DNA from: a virus
Virus record (IMG/VR): IMGVR_UViG_3300047510_002187
Span: 31,073 to 95,072 of that record
DNA: 64,000 nt
Strand: one strand, 5' to 3'
Below the pieces are notes generated by a model, which had not been told where the DNA came from, did no database searches, and was given only the letters and a program-made list of their open reading frames with translations. Below are positions 35,983 to 44,925 of this stretch, one piece after another. How positions within the stretch are numbered: the first letter of the stretch is position 1; each line of letters begins with the position of its first letter. A program made the position numbers and the translations under genes.

Positions 35983-36026
35983 CCGTCACACTCACACCTC
36001 CCAGGTGCTCCGGGAGGTGTTATGAT
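35980..36026 (+). promoter_or_regulatory. promoter cassette with hairpin cacctcccaggtgctccgggaggtg
   Basis: Its hairpin is the exact reverse complement of the hairpin in cassette 36353-36400. Confidence 0.5.
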
Positions 36027-36049
36027 AGTACCATCAACGCAAAAACCTT

Positions 36050-36352
36050 ATGATTGACGTTTCAAAACTTTCTTATGAGGAAGTTCAAAATTTGAAAAGA
36101 CAAATTGAGGAATACGATAATTCCCAAAAAGGACTTCGTGGATACAAAGTTCAATTTATTGTTCTTTATAATCCCAAAGGTCGTGAAGAACAAGACATTT
36201 CTTGTGAAGATGCATTTGGCGATTGGTTGTTGGATGTAGTCCCTGATGCTATTATCAAATCTTTTGACTTTAAAAGACCTGAAAATGTGATTTTGGATTA
36301 TGTAGAACCAATGGATGATGATGAGATTGAACCTTTCTCTACCGACACTTGA
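36050..36352 (+). CDS. hypothetical protein (100 aa) flanked by cassettes with inverted hairpins
   Basis: ORF track. Confidence 0.4.
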   Translation: MIDVSKLSYEEVQNLKRQIEEYDNSQKGLRGYKVQFIVLYNPKGREEQDISCEDAFGDWLLDVVPDAIIKSFDFKRPENVILDYVEPMDDDEIEPFSTDT

Positions 36353-36400
36353 GAAACCGTCACACTCACACCTCCCGGAGCACCTGGGAGGTGTTATACT
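36353..36400 (+). promoter_or_regulatory. promoter cassette with hairpin cacctcccggagcacctgggaggtg
   Basis: Inverted version of the 35980 cassette hairpin; TATACT -10. Confidence 0.5.
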
Positions 36401-36423
36401 ATCATTGTACTTGAGAAACACCT

Positions 36424-36651
36424 ATGTCTTTTACTGCTGAAGGAACTATTGAAATTGACATTGCAGATTTCTGGGAATGGGTCCATGAAAACTATACTCC
36501 CTGCAAAGGTGCAGAACATCAATATGGTGTTCCCCGAGTAAATAAATCAAACCAAACACTTGAAATTGATTTTGCTATGGGCACTGATTGTAATCCTAAA
36601 GACTGGTTTGAGAAACCCAGTGTTTTTAAGCAGTGGGATGAACTGCAATGA
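36424..36651 (+). CDS. hypothetical protein
   Basis: ORF track. Confidence 0.35.
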   Translation: MSFTAEGTIEIDIADFWEWVHENYTPCKGAEHQYGVPRVNKSNQTLEIDFAMGTDCNPKDWFEKPSVFKQWDELQ

Positions 36652-36800
36652 AACTCACTGAAAAAGAAAAAATTCAAGAACAACTTTCCCAACTTCGGCA
36701 TATTTCCCAACTTCTATTTGAAAGTGGAAATATTAGGCATGGTCAGGATGTAAGAGATGTAGTTAATAATCTGTCTACTATCATTAAAAATATGAAATGA
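36648..36800 (+). CDS. hypothetical small protein (50 aa)
   Basis: Hand-translated; ATGA overlap. Confidence 0.3.
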   Translation: MKLTEKEKIQEQLSQLRHISQLLFESGNIRHGQDVRDVVNNLSTIIKNMK

Positions 36801-36809
36801 GGAACCCCA

Positions 36810-37037
36810 ATGACTATTGAAATCACCAATCAAGTTCGCATTCAACAATACGAAGACTATTGGTACACTGCCGAGGACACTCACCTTGATGTTGGATGTT
36901 CTGGGTTCACTGTTTCTTATTGGGAATATGGTAAAGATACAGGTGATAAACGAGTTCAACATATCTGTATGAATGAGGAAACTGCAATTGCTCTTGCAGA
37001 TGCGATTTACAAACTCTTTAAGAACTCAAATGCCTGA
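36810..37037 (+). CDS. hypothetical protein
   Basis: ORF track. Confidence 0.35.
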   Translation: MTIEITNQVRIQQYEDYWYTAEDTHLDVGCSGFTVSYWEYGKDTGDKRVQHICMNEETAIALADAIYKLFKNSNA

Positions 37038-37173
37038 CGACCTTCACGAAGAAGAACAAATCTTTCTCAAAGCACTCAAAGAACATAAAGAGAAAAAATC
37101 ACAAGAACCAATAGTCAAACCTCAAGACGATACTTCAAACATTCTACCAGCAATTATTGCAGCAACATTATGA
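37030..37173 (+). CDS. hypothetical small protein (start revised to the ATGCCTGA overlap)
   Basis: MPDDLHEEEQ. Confidence 0.3.
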   Translation: MPDDLHEEEQIFLKALKEHKEKKSQEPIVKPQDDTSNILPAIIAATL

Positions 37174-37517
37174 ACCCTATTGAAATCGGTACACTGATGA
37201 CTGAACTTACTCCTGAAACACAAGCAGTTGTAGATGCTTATGAGCAAACTACTGATAAGTATGCTGCTCTTGCTGCCGTTCTTCGTGCTGCTATTGATAG
37301 TGTAGTCCCTGAAGAAGCAGAAGCACCGAAGGCACAGTTTGATTGTCCCCCTCGTAAATTGTATAACTTTGGAAAAAAGGAAGAAAAATGGGGATATGAG
37401 CATTCAGCTTATATGAGGAGGCAGTTTGAGCAAGACAAACTGGATATTCGTTGGGAGCAAAGACAACAAACTCGTGCTTTGATGCTTTCTATTATTACCG
37501 AACTTGAACAAATCTAA
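37170..37517 (+). CDS. hypothetical protein
   Basis: ORF track. Confidence 0.35.
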   Translation: MNPIEIGTLMTELTPETQAVVDAYEQTTDKYAALAAVLRAAIDSVVPEEAEAPKAQFDCPPRKLYNFGKKEEKWGYEHSAYMRRQFEQDKLDIRWEQRQQTRALMLSIITELEQI

Positions 37518-37978
37518 TGAATAAGACCTATACTCTAAAGTGGTTCTGTCCTCACTGCAAAACAAACCATAAGTACAACTATGATGCAGTTAAACCTGGA
37601 TTTTCTGCTATGGTATGTACTGCTTGTGGAAAAACTACTTATATGAAAGTAGTGTACGGTAATCCAGAAACTTATGTTGCATATGAAACAGAAGATGCTT
37701 ATCAACAGTATAAAGAAGAAATATACAAACCATATCTTGAGAAAGTAAAAGAACTGATTAGAATTCATCCTAAACTCAAAGGAGAAACTCCAATGTTAGA
37801 AAAACAGACCACTTACAAACTCACTCTCACTGATATTCAAGCATGTAAACTTCTTCAATTTCTTGTGAGTAATTGTGAGTGTGAGTTTTGGGATGATGAT
37901 ATTGAAAGCATTTATTATGAACTGAAAGAGGGTGTTGATACTCAAAGGTTTAATCAATATATGGAGACGAGTGAATGA
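37517..37978 (+). CDS. zinc-ribbon protein (CPHC...CTAC)
   Basis: WFCPHCKTNHKY...MVCTACGKTTY. Confidence 0.4.
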   Translation: MNKTYTLKWFCPHCKTNHKYNYDAVKPGFSAMVCTACGKTTYMKVVYGNPETYVAYETEDAYQQYKEEIYKPYLEKVKELIRIHPKLKGETPMLEKQTTYKLTLTDIQACKLLQFLVSNCECEFWDDDIESIYYELKEGVDTQRFNQYMETSE

Positions 37979-38187
37979 CTGACACTGAAAAACTTGAATA
38001 TCTTATTAAGGGTCTCAAAAGAATTGCAGAACAAAAACACTGCTATGATGAAAACCCAGAATATAACCCAGTGTTTAACGATGATGTCTTTGAGGATGGT
38101 GCCGACTATGGAGAAATCCACCTTTCACGAACTCTTTTAGAAAGTATTGGAGTGGAATTTGAATACCCTTGCATGAAAGAAAAATGA
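37975..38187 (+). CDS. hypothetical protein (MTDTEKLEYLIKGLKRIAEQKHCYD); paralog-like to 18752-18991
   Basis: Both contain EQKHCYD/EKTCYEMYGEFYDG-like motifs. Confidence 0.35.
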   Translation: MTDTEKLEYLIKGLKRIAEQKHCYDENPEYNPVFNDDVFEDGADYGEIHLSRTLLESIGVEFEYPCMKEK

Positions 38188-38399
38188 CTGAAGTTTTTCG
38201 TAGAACTACAAGTGGTTTTGTGAATACTTACGCAGTTGCAAATGCGATTGAAGGTATTGATGATTGTGACGTTATTTCTATCAACAACTTGGGAAATGAT
38301 AAATGGGAAATCTGGGCACGATTTCATCATAAGTATTCTTATGATATGGAATATGTTGAGACTGAAATTGAAGAATGTTTAAAGTTGGATGTTTATTGA
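38184..38399 (+). CDS. hypothetical protein (MTEVFRR)
   Basis: ATGACTGA junction. Confidence 0.35.
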   Translation: MTEVFRRTTSGFVNTYAVANAIEGIDDCDVISINNLGNDKWEIWARFHHKYSYDMEYVETEIEECLKLDVY

Positions 38400-38400
38400 A

Positions 38401-38664
38401 ATGACTGACCAATCACATTTCACAAAAGATGGACCAAAGTGTTTTGTTTCTGTCTTTAATAAAAATCAACTAACTTATTATGAAGTCCCAGAACCTGTTT
38501 ATACCTACATTCTACAACTTGAATGTGCAATCAAGTATGGAAGTGATGGTATAAAGAAACGATACCCCTTTAGATTTAAAGAAACAGAAGAACAATTTAC
38601 AACACCTATTGTTCCTGATGAAACTATGCAATGGATGGTTCAAAACTTTGGAGAAAACAAATGA
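38401..38664 (+). CDS. hypothetical protein (MTDQSHF)
   Basis: ATGACTGA motif. Confidence 0.35.
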   Translation: MTDQSHFTKDGPKCFVSVFNKNQLTYYEVPEPVYTYILQLECAIKYGSDGIKKRYPFRFKETEEQFTTPIVPDETMQWMVQNFGENK

Positions 38665-38855
38665 TTGAATATGAACGCACAATTAAACTTACTCTTACAG
38701 AGTTTCAAGCACAAGAACTCTATGAGTTTTTAGATAGAAAGAAAACTGCTGGATTTGATGAACAAACAGTTTCTTTTATCTATAAAGAACTTAAAAAACT
38801 CTTTGGTAATAAAAGAGATTTTAATTATGAAACTTATATTGAGGACTACAAATGA
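38661..38855 (+). CDS. hypothetical protein
   Basis: ATGATTGA overlap. Confidence 0.35.
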   Translation: MIEYERTIKLTLTEFQAQELYEFLDRKKTAGFDEQTVSFIYKELKKLFGNKRDFNYETYIEDYK

Positions 38856-39067
38856 AAGACGACGAAAAGGCATTACTTATTGTTTGTAGTTCCATTTGCG
38901 TTATTGTGGGTGGTATAATTTTTGCGGGATTTCAAGCAGGATATCTCAAAGCAGTATCGGAACCTCCAAGGTTTTCTGTTGTAGACACATACAAAGGATG
39001 TGATGTGGTGAGATTTATTCCACCTGGAGAAGCAAAGTCACATTATTTCCTGGATTGTAGAAAATAA
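38852..39067 (+). CDS. small membrane protein
   Basis: LLIVCSSICVIVGGIIFAGF. Confidence 0.35.
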   Translation: MKDDEKALLIVCSSICVIVGGIIFAGFQAGYLKAVSEPPRFSVVDTYKGCDVVRFIPPGEAKSHYFLDCRK

Positions 39068-39088
39068 AATCACGTAGACACAACCAAA

Positions 39089-39132
39089 AGTGGCACACTG
39101 ATCCCCACCAGCACCCCAGACTCTGATATTCT
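39089..39132 (+). promoter_or_regulatory. promoter cassette variant (agTGGCACA ... TATTCT)
   Basis: Leader caagtagtcaagg. Confidence 0.35.
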
Positions 39133-39156
39133 ACACAAGTAGTCAAGGCACCACCC

Positions 39157-39294
39157 ATGAAAACCGCCAAGTATTATCTGGTCTTCAGTGTCAATGAATA
39201 TAGTGGAGAAGTGGAAACCAAATCCTTCAAGGATTATGCTGGGGCATATCGGTATGCCAGTGCTGTAAATGGTTGTGTTGAACCTGTCTTTTGA
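39157..39294 (+). CDS. hypothetical small protein (45 aa)
   Basis: Hand-translated; the track's minus-strand ORF here is rejected. Confidence 0.3.
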   Translation: MKTAKYYLVFSVNEYSGEVETKSFKDYAGAYRYASAVNGCVEPVF

Positions 39295-39387
39295 AAGAGG
39301 AAATCTATGGTAATGCACAACAGTTTACCGATGAAGAACTAAAAACTCTTCCTTGGACTAAAGTATCTTATCCTGTTTCAATATGAT

Positions 39388-40014
39388 ATGAACTATTACA
39401 CTTATGCTTATTTGAGAGAAGATCAAACGCCTTATTATATTGGTAAAGGTAAAAGAAATAGGATTTATTCTACATGTAAAAGAGTAAAACCACCCAAAGA
39501 TAAGTCACGAATCATCTTCCTCAAGCAAAACTTAACTGAAGAAGAAGCATTCAAGCACGAAATCTATATGATTGCTGTGTTTGGTAGAAAAGATTTGGGA
39601 ACTGGTATTCTTCATAATATGACTGATGGTGGTGATGGTATTTCTAATTGGGGAACTCCTGAACAAAGAAGTGAAATTACAAGAAAAGCAAATGCCAGTA
39701 GAACTCCTGAACAACGAAGTGAGGCAGCAAGAAAAAGACAAGCAAATAAAACTCCTGAACAAAGAAGTGAGGTAGCAAGAAAAGCAAGAGAAGTATATCT
39801 TTCTACAAGCACACCAGAACAACGAAGTGAGGTAGCAAGAAAAGCAAATGCCAGTAGAACTCCTGAACAACGAAGTGAGGTAGCAAGAAAAGCATCCTCA
39901 ATAAAATGGCAATGTACTGTAACTGGATTTATTACAAATGCTGGTTCTCTTTCGCATTATCAAAAAGCAAGAGGTATAGACACATCCAATAGAATAAGAT
40001 TGTCTTCTTATTGA
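39388..40014 (+). CDS. GIY-YIG homing endonuclease with five 48-nt NUMOD3-like repeats (TPEQRSEVARKA)
   Basis: YYTYAYL...PYYIGKGK; repeat array about 39660-39900; conserved C-terminal KWQCTVTGFITNAGSL..YQKARGIDTS. Confidence 0.65.
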   Translation: MNYYTYAYLREDQTPYYIGKGKRNRIYSTCKRVKPPKDKSRIIFLKQNLTEEEAFKHEIYMIAVFGRKDLGTGILHNMTDGGDGISNWGTPEQRSEITRKANASRTPEQRSEAARKRQANKTPEQRSEVARKAREVYLSTSTPEQRSEVARKANASRTPEQRSEVARKASSIKWQCTVTGFITNAGSLSHYQKARGIDTSNRIRLSSY

Positions 40015-40841
40015 ACTTCTGGATTGTATTCTTCTTCATAATACCAATAATAACCCATCCAACTATTCTTTCCTGGATTTAACACACTTTTCCGTAAACC
40101 ACCACCCGCTTTTCTTGATTCGCCAGTTAAATCGTAAGCAGCGGATCTCATGCTATCATATCTAACAATTTCTTCTGTTCGTTTATGGACACCTATTACT
40201 GGTCTTTTTGTTGGAGTCTGATCCAGTTTTTCCCACTTATATCCATATACAGTAAATCCTTCCTTTATTGATCTGCATATATTTCCACTATTTGCCACAT
40301 TTCCAGTAAGTTCTCTTGCACCTTCTCGCATACTATCAAATATAAACTCTTCTCCGGTTTCTAATTTAATCGCTTTCACTTTACGTTTTAATTTATCCGT
40401 ATTGCTATATTTTCCAGTAAGAATGCCCCATAGTTCTCCATTTTTAATTTTGTTCTTCAATGCTTTAGATACATTATTGGTCCATTCATCAGTTCTCTCC
40501 ACATTAGACATTCCATTGGATATTTTTATCTTATTTTCTTCTGCATGTTCAAAATGATCTCCACCTGAAGTAGCATTATATCCGTTGTGGTAAGTATCTA
40601 ACTTATTAACCCAATAAGTTTCTCTTTCATTTAATTTTTCTATAGGACATTCTTCTAGTATTCTTATCTTGAAAGAATCAGTACCGTATTTGTTTAATGC
40701 TCTGTAAAGAGGTCTGGTATTATACTTCTTAGATTCATATAAGTGCTCTTTCCATCTTTTGTTCAATTCATGTTTGGTTTGACCAATGTACTGTTTACCA
40801 TTGGAAATGTTTGTAATACAGTAAATCGTTCCTGTTTTCAT
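40008..40841 (-). CDS. GIY-YIG homing endonuclease (I-TevI/Seg-like); the only clear minus-strand gene
   Basis: GTIYCITNISNGKQYIGQT...RWKEH...YRALNKYG...ILEEC...ETYWVNKL...GYN; 3' end overlaps the 3' end of 39388 by about 7 nt. Confidence 0.7.
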   Translation of the reverse strand: MKTGTIYCITNISNGKQYIGQTKHELNKRWKEHLYESKKYNTRPLYRALNKYGTDSFKIRILEECPIEKLNERETYWVNKLDTYHNGYNATSGGDHFEHAEENKIKISNGMSNVERTDEWTNNVSKALKNKIKNGELWGILTGKYSNTDKLKRKVKAIKLETGEEFIFDSMREGARELTGNVANSGNICRSIKEGFTVYGYKWEKLDQTPTKRPVIGVHKRTEEIVRYDSMRSAAYDLTGESRKAGGGLRKSVLNPGKNSWMGYYWYYEEEYNPEVQ

Positions 40842-40868
40842 TATACTATGACGTGTACTATAGTGAGT

Positions 40869-40877
40869 ATTTATAAT
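40869..40877 (-). promoter_or_regulatory. T4-type late promoter TATAAATA for the minus-strand homing endonuclease
   Basis: The reverse complement of tatttataa contains TATAAATA about 30 nt upstream of ATG 40841. Confidence 0.5.
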
Positions 40878-41134
40878 ATGTCGTCTTTTTTGTGTAAGAT
40901 TTAATAATATATGAAAATAGTAAAATAATATAATTGTTTTATTTGTTTATGATATTATGTTAGTGTTATATCCGATTATTATGTTATAATGTTTAGATCT
41001 TATTTCTTATGGTCAGAATCCTTGTGTTCTTAAATGACGCATTATAGCACACTCGCTAATTTTTTGCAAGGCGCCCACATAAAAATCCAGAAACCCTGAC
41101 ATAAAACCTCAGAGACACTTCAGAAACTGACCAC

Positions 41135-41163
41135 TTGACCCTACATAAGAAATCAGGTACACT
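41135..41163 (+). promoter_or_regulatory. sigma70-like promoter TTGACC-17-TACACT carrying a CATAAGA motif
   Basis: 17-nt spacing; upstream of ORF 41196. Confidence 0.45.
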
Positions 41164-41195
41164 GAGGTTTCAGTTTCACAAGGAGTCCGAGTCTC

Positions 41196-41369
41196 ATGGC
41201 ATCTATCTACGCACAATCACAAAAGACAAAGTACAGAATCACATTGGAATTGGAAGTATTTGGTGACATGAATCCTCATCAGATTGACTGGAATAAGGTT
41301 CTTCAACTGGAACCTGCTGAGAAGGTCAAGTCTTATGTGGAAGATTTGAGTAATCCTGATCGTTGGTGA
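41196..41369 (+). CDS. hypothetical small protein (57 aa)
   Basis: AGGAG RBS; hand-translated. Confidence 0.35.
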   Translation: MASIYAQSQKTKYRITLELEVFGDMNPHQIDWNKVLQLEPAEKVKSYVEDLSNPDRW

Positions 41370-41385
41370 TCAGTGAACATATCAT

Positions 41386-41420
41386 AAGACTCTGGTTCTT
41401 ACGGGAATCAGAGTTTTTTT
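41386..41420 (+). terminator. rho-independent terminator
   Basis: gactctggttcttacgggaatcagagt hairpin followed by a T8 run. Confidence 0.6.
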
Positions 41421-41554
41421 TATGTCTGTGGGTCAGTTTCAGAAGCGTCCTGAGAGGCACCCAGGAGCGCCTAGAAGACCCTTATACTGTCTAAGACAAC
41501 CAAAGACACCAACCGGAGGTATTAAATGGTTTGTTAACATTCCGTAACAATCAC

Positions 41555-41583
41555 TTGACACCTCATAAGAATCCCAGTAGAAT
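41555..41583 (+). promoter_or_regulatory. sigma70-like promoter TTGACA-17-TAGAAT
   Basis: Textbook -35/-10 with 17-nt spacer (cctcataagaatcccag). Confidence 0.55.
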
Positions 41584-41633
41584 TGGTTTGTCCGCTTTGA
41601 AGGGATTCGTTTCTCCATTACTTAAGGAATCTT

Positions 41634-42020
41634 ATGTTTTCCATTGAAGAGTCTGAACTGATGATTGGTCTTATTGATCTCTTTGACAATAAGAATCTGG
41701 GTATTATGTTCAATGGTAAGAATGAACAGCTTGCCATTTCCATCAAAAGGAAACTGAATGAGCATAAGGAATCAGAAGAGACTAAGAGAATGAATCTCTT
41801 CTATTCTTATGTGTTCAGTTTCTATGGTAAGAGTGGCATCTATGATATGGGTGCAACAATGGATCAGATCATGGAAGCAACAGCAAAATATCTTAAGACT
41901 GAGAATGTTGACTTCTGTGGTGATTCTTACGATAGGGAAATAGTGAGGGATGTTATGATTCGTGATTATGGTCTTGTACCAGTTTCCAAACTGGCACATA
42001 AGACTCCACAAGCATCCTGA
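41634..42020 (+). CDS. hypothetical protein
   Basis: ORF track. Confidence 0.4.
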   Translation: MFSIEESELMIGLIDLFDNKNLGIMFNGKNEQLAISIKRKLNEHKESEETKRMNLFYSYVFSFYGKSGIYDMGATMDQIMEATAKYLKTENVDFCGDSYDREIVRDVMIRDYGLVPVSKLAHKTPQAS

Positions 42021-42056
42021 TCTCTGTTATCTTATTACTGTTCACATCAGAACCTC

Positions 42057-42317
42057 ATGAAAACCATTAAACTTCACCCGGAGAAAAGCATTCGCTGCAC
42101 TGAAAATGCCTTGATGTGGTGTAGTGTCCTGAATCATTACAGGAAAGAACATCCTAAAGCATCCTTCCGGGAAATGGGAGAGCAGTTTGGTATGACTGAA
42201 ACCAATGCACGCCGTTATTATTATGGCATTCATCATTACAATTCTGGATATGATGGTAAGAACCCGTATAATACATACACTCAACTAAGAAAAGGTGCAT
42301 GTGTTCAGATTGCCTGA
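42057..42317 (+). CDS. possible HTH DNA-binding protein
   Basis: FREMGEQFGMTETNARRYYYG resembles a helix-turn-helix. Confidence 0.3.
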   Translation: MKTIKLHPEKSIRCTENALMWCSVLNHYRKEHPKASFREMGEQFGMTETNARRYYYGIHHYNSGYDGKNPYNTYTQLRKGACVQIA

Positions 42318-42475
42318 TATGAATGAGTTGGGTTATTATACCCAACTCTTTTTTTATATTCTTATGATTATTATTAAGCAGGGTAAGTTACGACTGTTTA
42401 CATCATAAGTCCTACCCCAGACCTCATCAGATTATGTGTATATCATAAGGGATCTGATGTCTGATGGGGTGATCA

Positions 42476-42700
42476 GTGGTCAGATTGTTCAGTGGCACAA
42501 GGGGTATTGTGTGGTTGGGTTCTGATGGGGTATATTTGATTCGTCCGCAAATCACCGACATGGACCCATTTGTTGCTGAACAGCAGATTGAAGAAGTCAT
42601 TCCTTATGATTGGGATGATGAAGAAACTAAGTTTGAAGTGGAAGATTATTATGATGATCTTGCCGCTGGTCTTCCCCTTGATTCCTCTTACGAATTCTGA
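42476..42700 (+). CDS. hypothetical acidic protein (start uncertain; alternative M at about 42560)
   Basis: ORF track. Confidence 0.3.
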   Translation: MVRLFSGTRGIVWLGSDGVYLIRPQITDMDPFVAEQQIEEVIPYDWDDEETKFEVEDYYDDLAAGLPLDSSYEF

Positions 42701-42888
42701 TGATGCCTGACACTCTTGATTTCACTGGTAATGCTGTTACCATCCTTGGGTTTATTGGTGTTCTTTCAACGGGTATTATTCTGGTCACTTCTTTTAGGAG
42801 GTTTTTTAACAGTCCTTATAATCTCCGTGTGCCACCTGTGAAACCGTCCACTGATGAGACTGTGACCACCGAATCTGAAGTATCCTGA
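42700..42888 (+). CDS. small membrane protein
   Basis: ORF track. Confidence 0.3.
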   Translation: MMPDTLDFTGNAVTILGFIGVLSTGIILVTSFRRFFNSPYNLRVPPVKPSTDETVTTESEVS

Positions 42889-42934
42889 TTCTGTTCAGAA
42901 GTTCCATGATCTTCTTGGGGATTCTTATGCTGTA

Positions 42935-43132
42935 GTGGTCAATGATACCCTTTACTATGTTGGGTATGAAACTGAAGGTAATCCTTACATTTCTGATAAT
43001 GATGGTGGGCATTATGTTGATCTTAGTGTTGTTGATGGTGACATTGAGATTGACAGATGTTCTGTTTTCTTCACTGTCAATGGTGAACCTATCAGAATGC
43101 AGTTTCTTGAGATCATGGATCTTAAGGTGTGA
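42935..43132 (+). CDS. hypothetical protein
   Basis: ORF track. Confidence 0.3.
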   Translation: MVNDTLYYVGYETEGNPYISDNDGGHYVDLSVVDGDIEIDRCSVFFTVNGEPIRMQFLEIMDLKV

Positions 43133-43140
43133 CACATAAG

Positions 43141-43187
43141 AAACTGGCACATCAGACTTGACATAAGATCCTGATGTGCTGTAAGAT
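43141..43187 (+). promoter_or_regulatory. composite promoter: aaaCTGGCACA box plus TTGACA-18-TAAGAT
   Basis: Both promoter classes overlap here, at the left edge of the GC-rich island. Confidence 0.45.
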
Positions 43188-43245
43188 TTGATAGTCCTGA
43201 GTAAGACTATAAACTGCACACATCAGAAAACCCTTTGTTTTTATT

Positions 43246-43407
43246 ATGAACTTCACCATTGCTGAGATCATGCTTAACCAGTGTAACACTGGTAACGACA
43301 TTCTCTCTGTGCTTGATAGCATCGCGGAAGATATGAATGAGGAAACTGAAGGCGGCGAACTTGTCGCTGCAGGTACAACTACTGAAACTGATTACATTGA
43401 CTTTTGA
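43246..43407 (+). CDS. hypothetical acidic small protein (54 aa)
   Basis: Hand-translated. Confidence 0.3.
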   Translation: MNFTIAEIMLNQCNTGNDILSVLDSIAEDMNEETEGGELVAAGTTTETDYIDF

Positions 43408-43661
43408 GTATGAATATGATTGTTATTAACCGCACATTTACAACTGAAGAATCTGAGGCGATTGCTAGCATTAGTGCTACCAGTCAGTCTGATCGGGTAG
43501 AACTTGCCTATCAGACCAATCCCGACAAAAGTTACACCTATGTCAGCACTTCTGGCAGTTTCGTAACTAAACTTAACGACACTCTTGCGCAGGGTGCTAG
43601 CGTTGGTTCGCTTGTCTTTAATGCTCGCCGTTCCGGTGAACTGAAGGAAGCGACAGTCTGA
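43404..43661 (+). CDS. hypothetical protein (GC-rich island)
   Basis: ORF track. Confidence 0.4.
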   Translation: MSMNMIVINRTFTTEESEAIASISATSQSDRVELAYQTNPDKSYTYVSTSGSFVTKLNDTLAQGASVGSLVFNARRSGELKEATV

Positions 43662-43670
43662 CACTTTGAC

Positions 43671-43716
43671 AGGTGGCACAAGGGCACTTGATTCCGGTCA
43701 GGTGCCCTGTTACATT
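43671..43716 (+). promoter_or_regulatory. promoter cassette (gTGGCACA, GC-rich hairpin agggcac/gtgccct, TACATT)
   Basis: Island version of the cassette. Confidence 0.4.
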
Positions 43717-43740
43717 TACATCGTTCACCACTGAACTCTC

Positions 43741-44025
43741 ATGACTCGCTCCGAACAGATCCGCGAACTCTTTTCTACTCTAGGTTCTACCATTGTTTCT
43801 GTAGAGTTTGTGAAGCGTGATGGTACGCTTCGGAAGATTCGTTTTAATCCTAAAGATCGCCAGGAGATTGTGGGCACTGGTCGCCCTAGCAATAATCCTG
43901 ACATCTTCCGTGTTCGCGACTTTGATGTTGCGAAACGTGACGGAATCGGTGCATGGCGTTCCTTTGACGCTAACCGTGTGCGTCGGATTGCCTACCGTGG
44001 TCAAGTGCTGAACTGGACGGTCTGA
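43741..44025 (+). CDS. hypothetical protein (94 aa)
   Basis: ORF track. Confidence 0.45.
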   Translation: MTRSEQIRELFSTLGSTIVSVEFVKRDGTLRKIRFNPKDRQEIVGTGRPSNNPDIFRVRDFDVAKRDGIGAWRSFDANRVRRIAYRGQVLNWTV

Positions 44026-44027
44026 CC

Positions 44028-44073
44028 ACTGGCACAAGGGCACTCGCAAGGGTGCCCTCTCACCCCTTATACT
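44028..44073 (+). promoter_or_regulatory. promoter cassette (CTGGCACA, hairpin gggcac/gtgccc, TATACT, leader caagtcaacggg)
   Basis: Island version of the cassette. Confidence 0.45.
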
Positions 44074-44097
44074 GATCAAGTCAACGGGATTCCTCCG

Positions 44098-44853
44098 ATG
44101 CTGAACTTCTCCAAAGGCAACGCCAAACTTGGCACTCACACGCTGATCTTCAACCTGCCTGCAGGTAAGACATGCCCCGGTGCAATGTTTTGCAAGTCTT
44201 TTGCTGTCGTTGGTGACGACGGAAAGCGTAGGATTGTTGATGGCGAACACACTGAGTTTCGGTGTTTCGCTGCATCTTCTGAGGTGCAGTATGATGCTGT
44301 CTTCAACAATCGCGCCCGCAATCTGGAGTTGATTGTTGATGCTCTGCAGAACGGAACTGTCCCAGGTTACTCTGTCAGTGCTGCGGATCTTATCCACGAC
44401 AGCATCCAACATCATCGCACTAAGAAAACAGAATTGGTGCGCATTCATGAGTCTGGAGACTTCTTCTCTGGTGCGTATCTTGACGCATGGATTGAGGTTG
44501 CCCATCGCAATCCTGATCTTAAGTTCTACTGCTACTCTAAGAGTCTGCGGTTGTTTCTTAACTTCAAGTTGCCCAGTAACTTCTACATGACCGCATCGTA
44601 TGGTGGTCGGTTTGATTACCTGATCGACGAAGGTTACTTCCCACGTTATAGCAAAGTCTGCATGAATGATGCGGACGCTGAACGTCTGGGTCTGGAAGTT
44701 GACCACGATGATTCACACTGCTTCGGTGATAAACCGTTCGCTTTGCTTGTGCATGGCACGCAACCGAAAGGTTCAGAATGGGGCGCCGCAATCCGTGCCC
44801 GTCGTTCTAACAAACAGTTCGGAGGTTACAGTAAGAAAACTGTGACGGTCTGA
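44098..44853 (+). CDS. conserved-looking Cys-rich protein (251 aa), function unknown
   Basis: N-terminal SKGNAKLG...TCPGAMFC motif. Confidence 0.45.
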   Translation: MLNFSKGNAKLGTHTLIFNLPAGKTCPGAMFCKSFAVVGDDGKRRIVDGEHTEFRCFAASSEVQYDAVFNNRARNLELIVDALQNGTVPGYSVSAADLIHDSIQHHRTKKTELVRIHESGDFFSGAYLDAWIEVAHRNPDLKFYCYSKSLRLFLNFKLPSNFYMTASYGGRFDYLIDEGYFPRYSKVCMNDADAERLGLEVDHDDSHCFGDKPFALLVHGTQPKGSEWGAAIRARRSNKQFGGYSKKTVTV

Positions 44854-44855
44854 CC

Positions 44856-44900
44856 ACTGGCACACTAGGGGGTGACAGGATCACCCCCATGCCCTACAAT
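44856..44900 (+). promoter_or_regulatory. promoter cassette (CTGGCACA, hairpin gggggtgac/atcaccccc, TACAAT) with leader tctcagttcaccacagaac
   Basis: Island version of the cassette. Confidence 0.45.
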
Positions 44901-44925
44901 TCTCTCAGTTCACCACAGAACTCCC

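Noticed and set aside
39070-39318. Minus-strand 82-aa ORF
   Set aside because: A + strand 45-aa ORF (39157-39294) directly follows a promoter cassette plus leader in the expected geometry, so the antisense ORF is a likely artefact.
39660-39900. 48-nt tandem repeat array as a CRISPR-like or iteron array
   Set aside because: It is in-frame coding sequence for NUMOD3-like DNA-binding repeats of a GIY-YIG endonuclease (TPEQRSEVARKA), so it is a protein repeat, not a spacer-repeat array.
40850-41630. Searched long non-coding stretches (40.85-41.63 kb, 51.40-51.77 kb, 24.07-24.35 kb) for tRNA genes and CRISPR repeats
   Set aside because: No GTTCRANYC T-loop-like motifs with an acceptor-stem partner, and no spaced direct repeats of 25-40 nt. 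Only promoters, a small ORF and a terminator were found.
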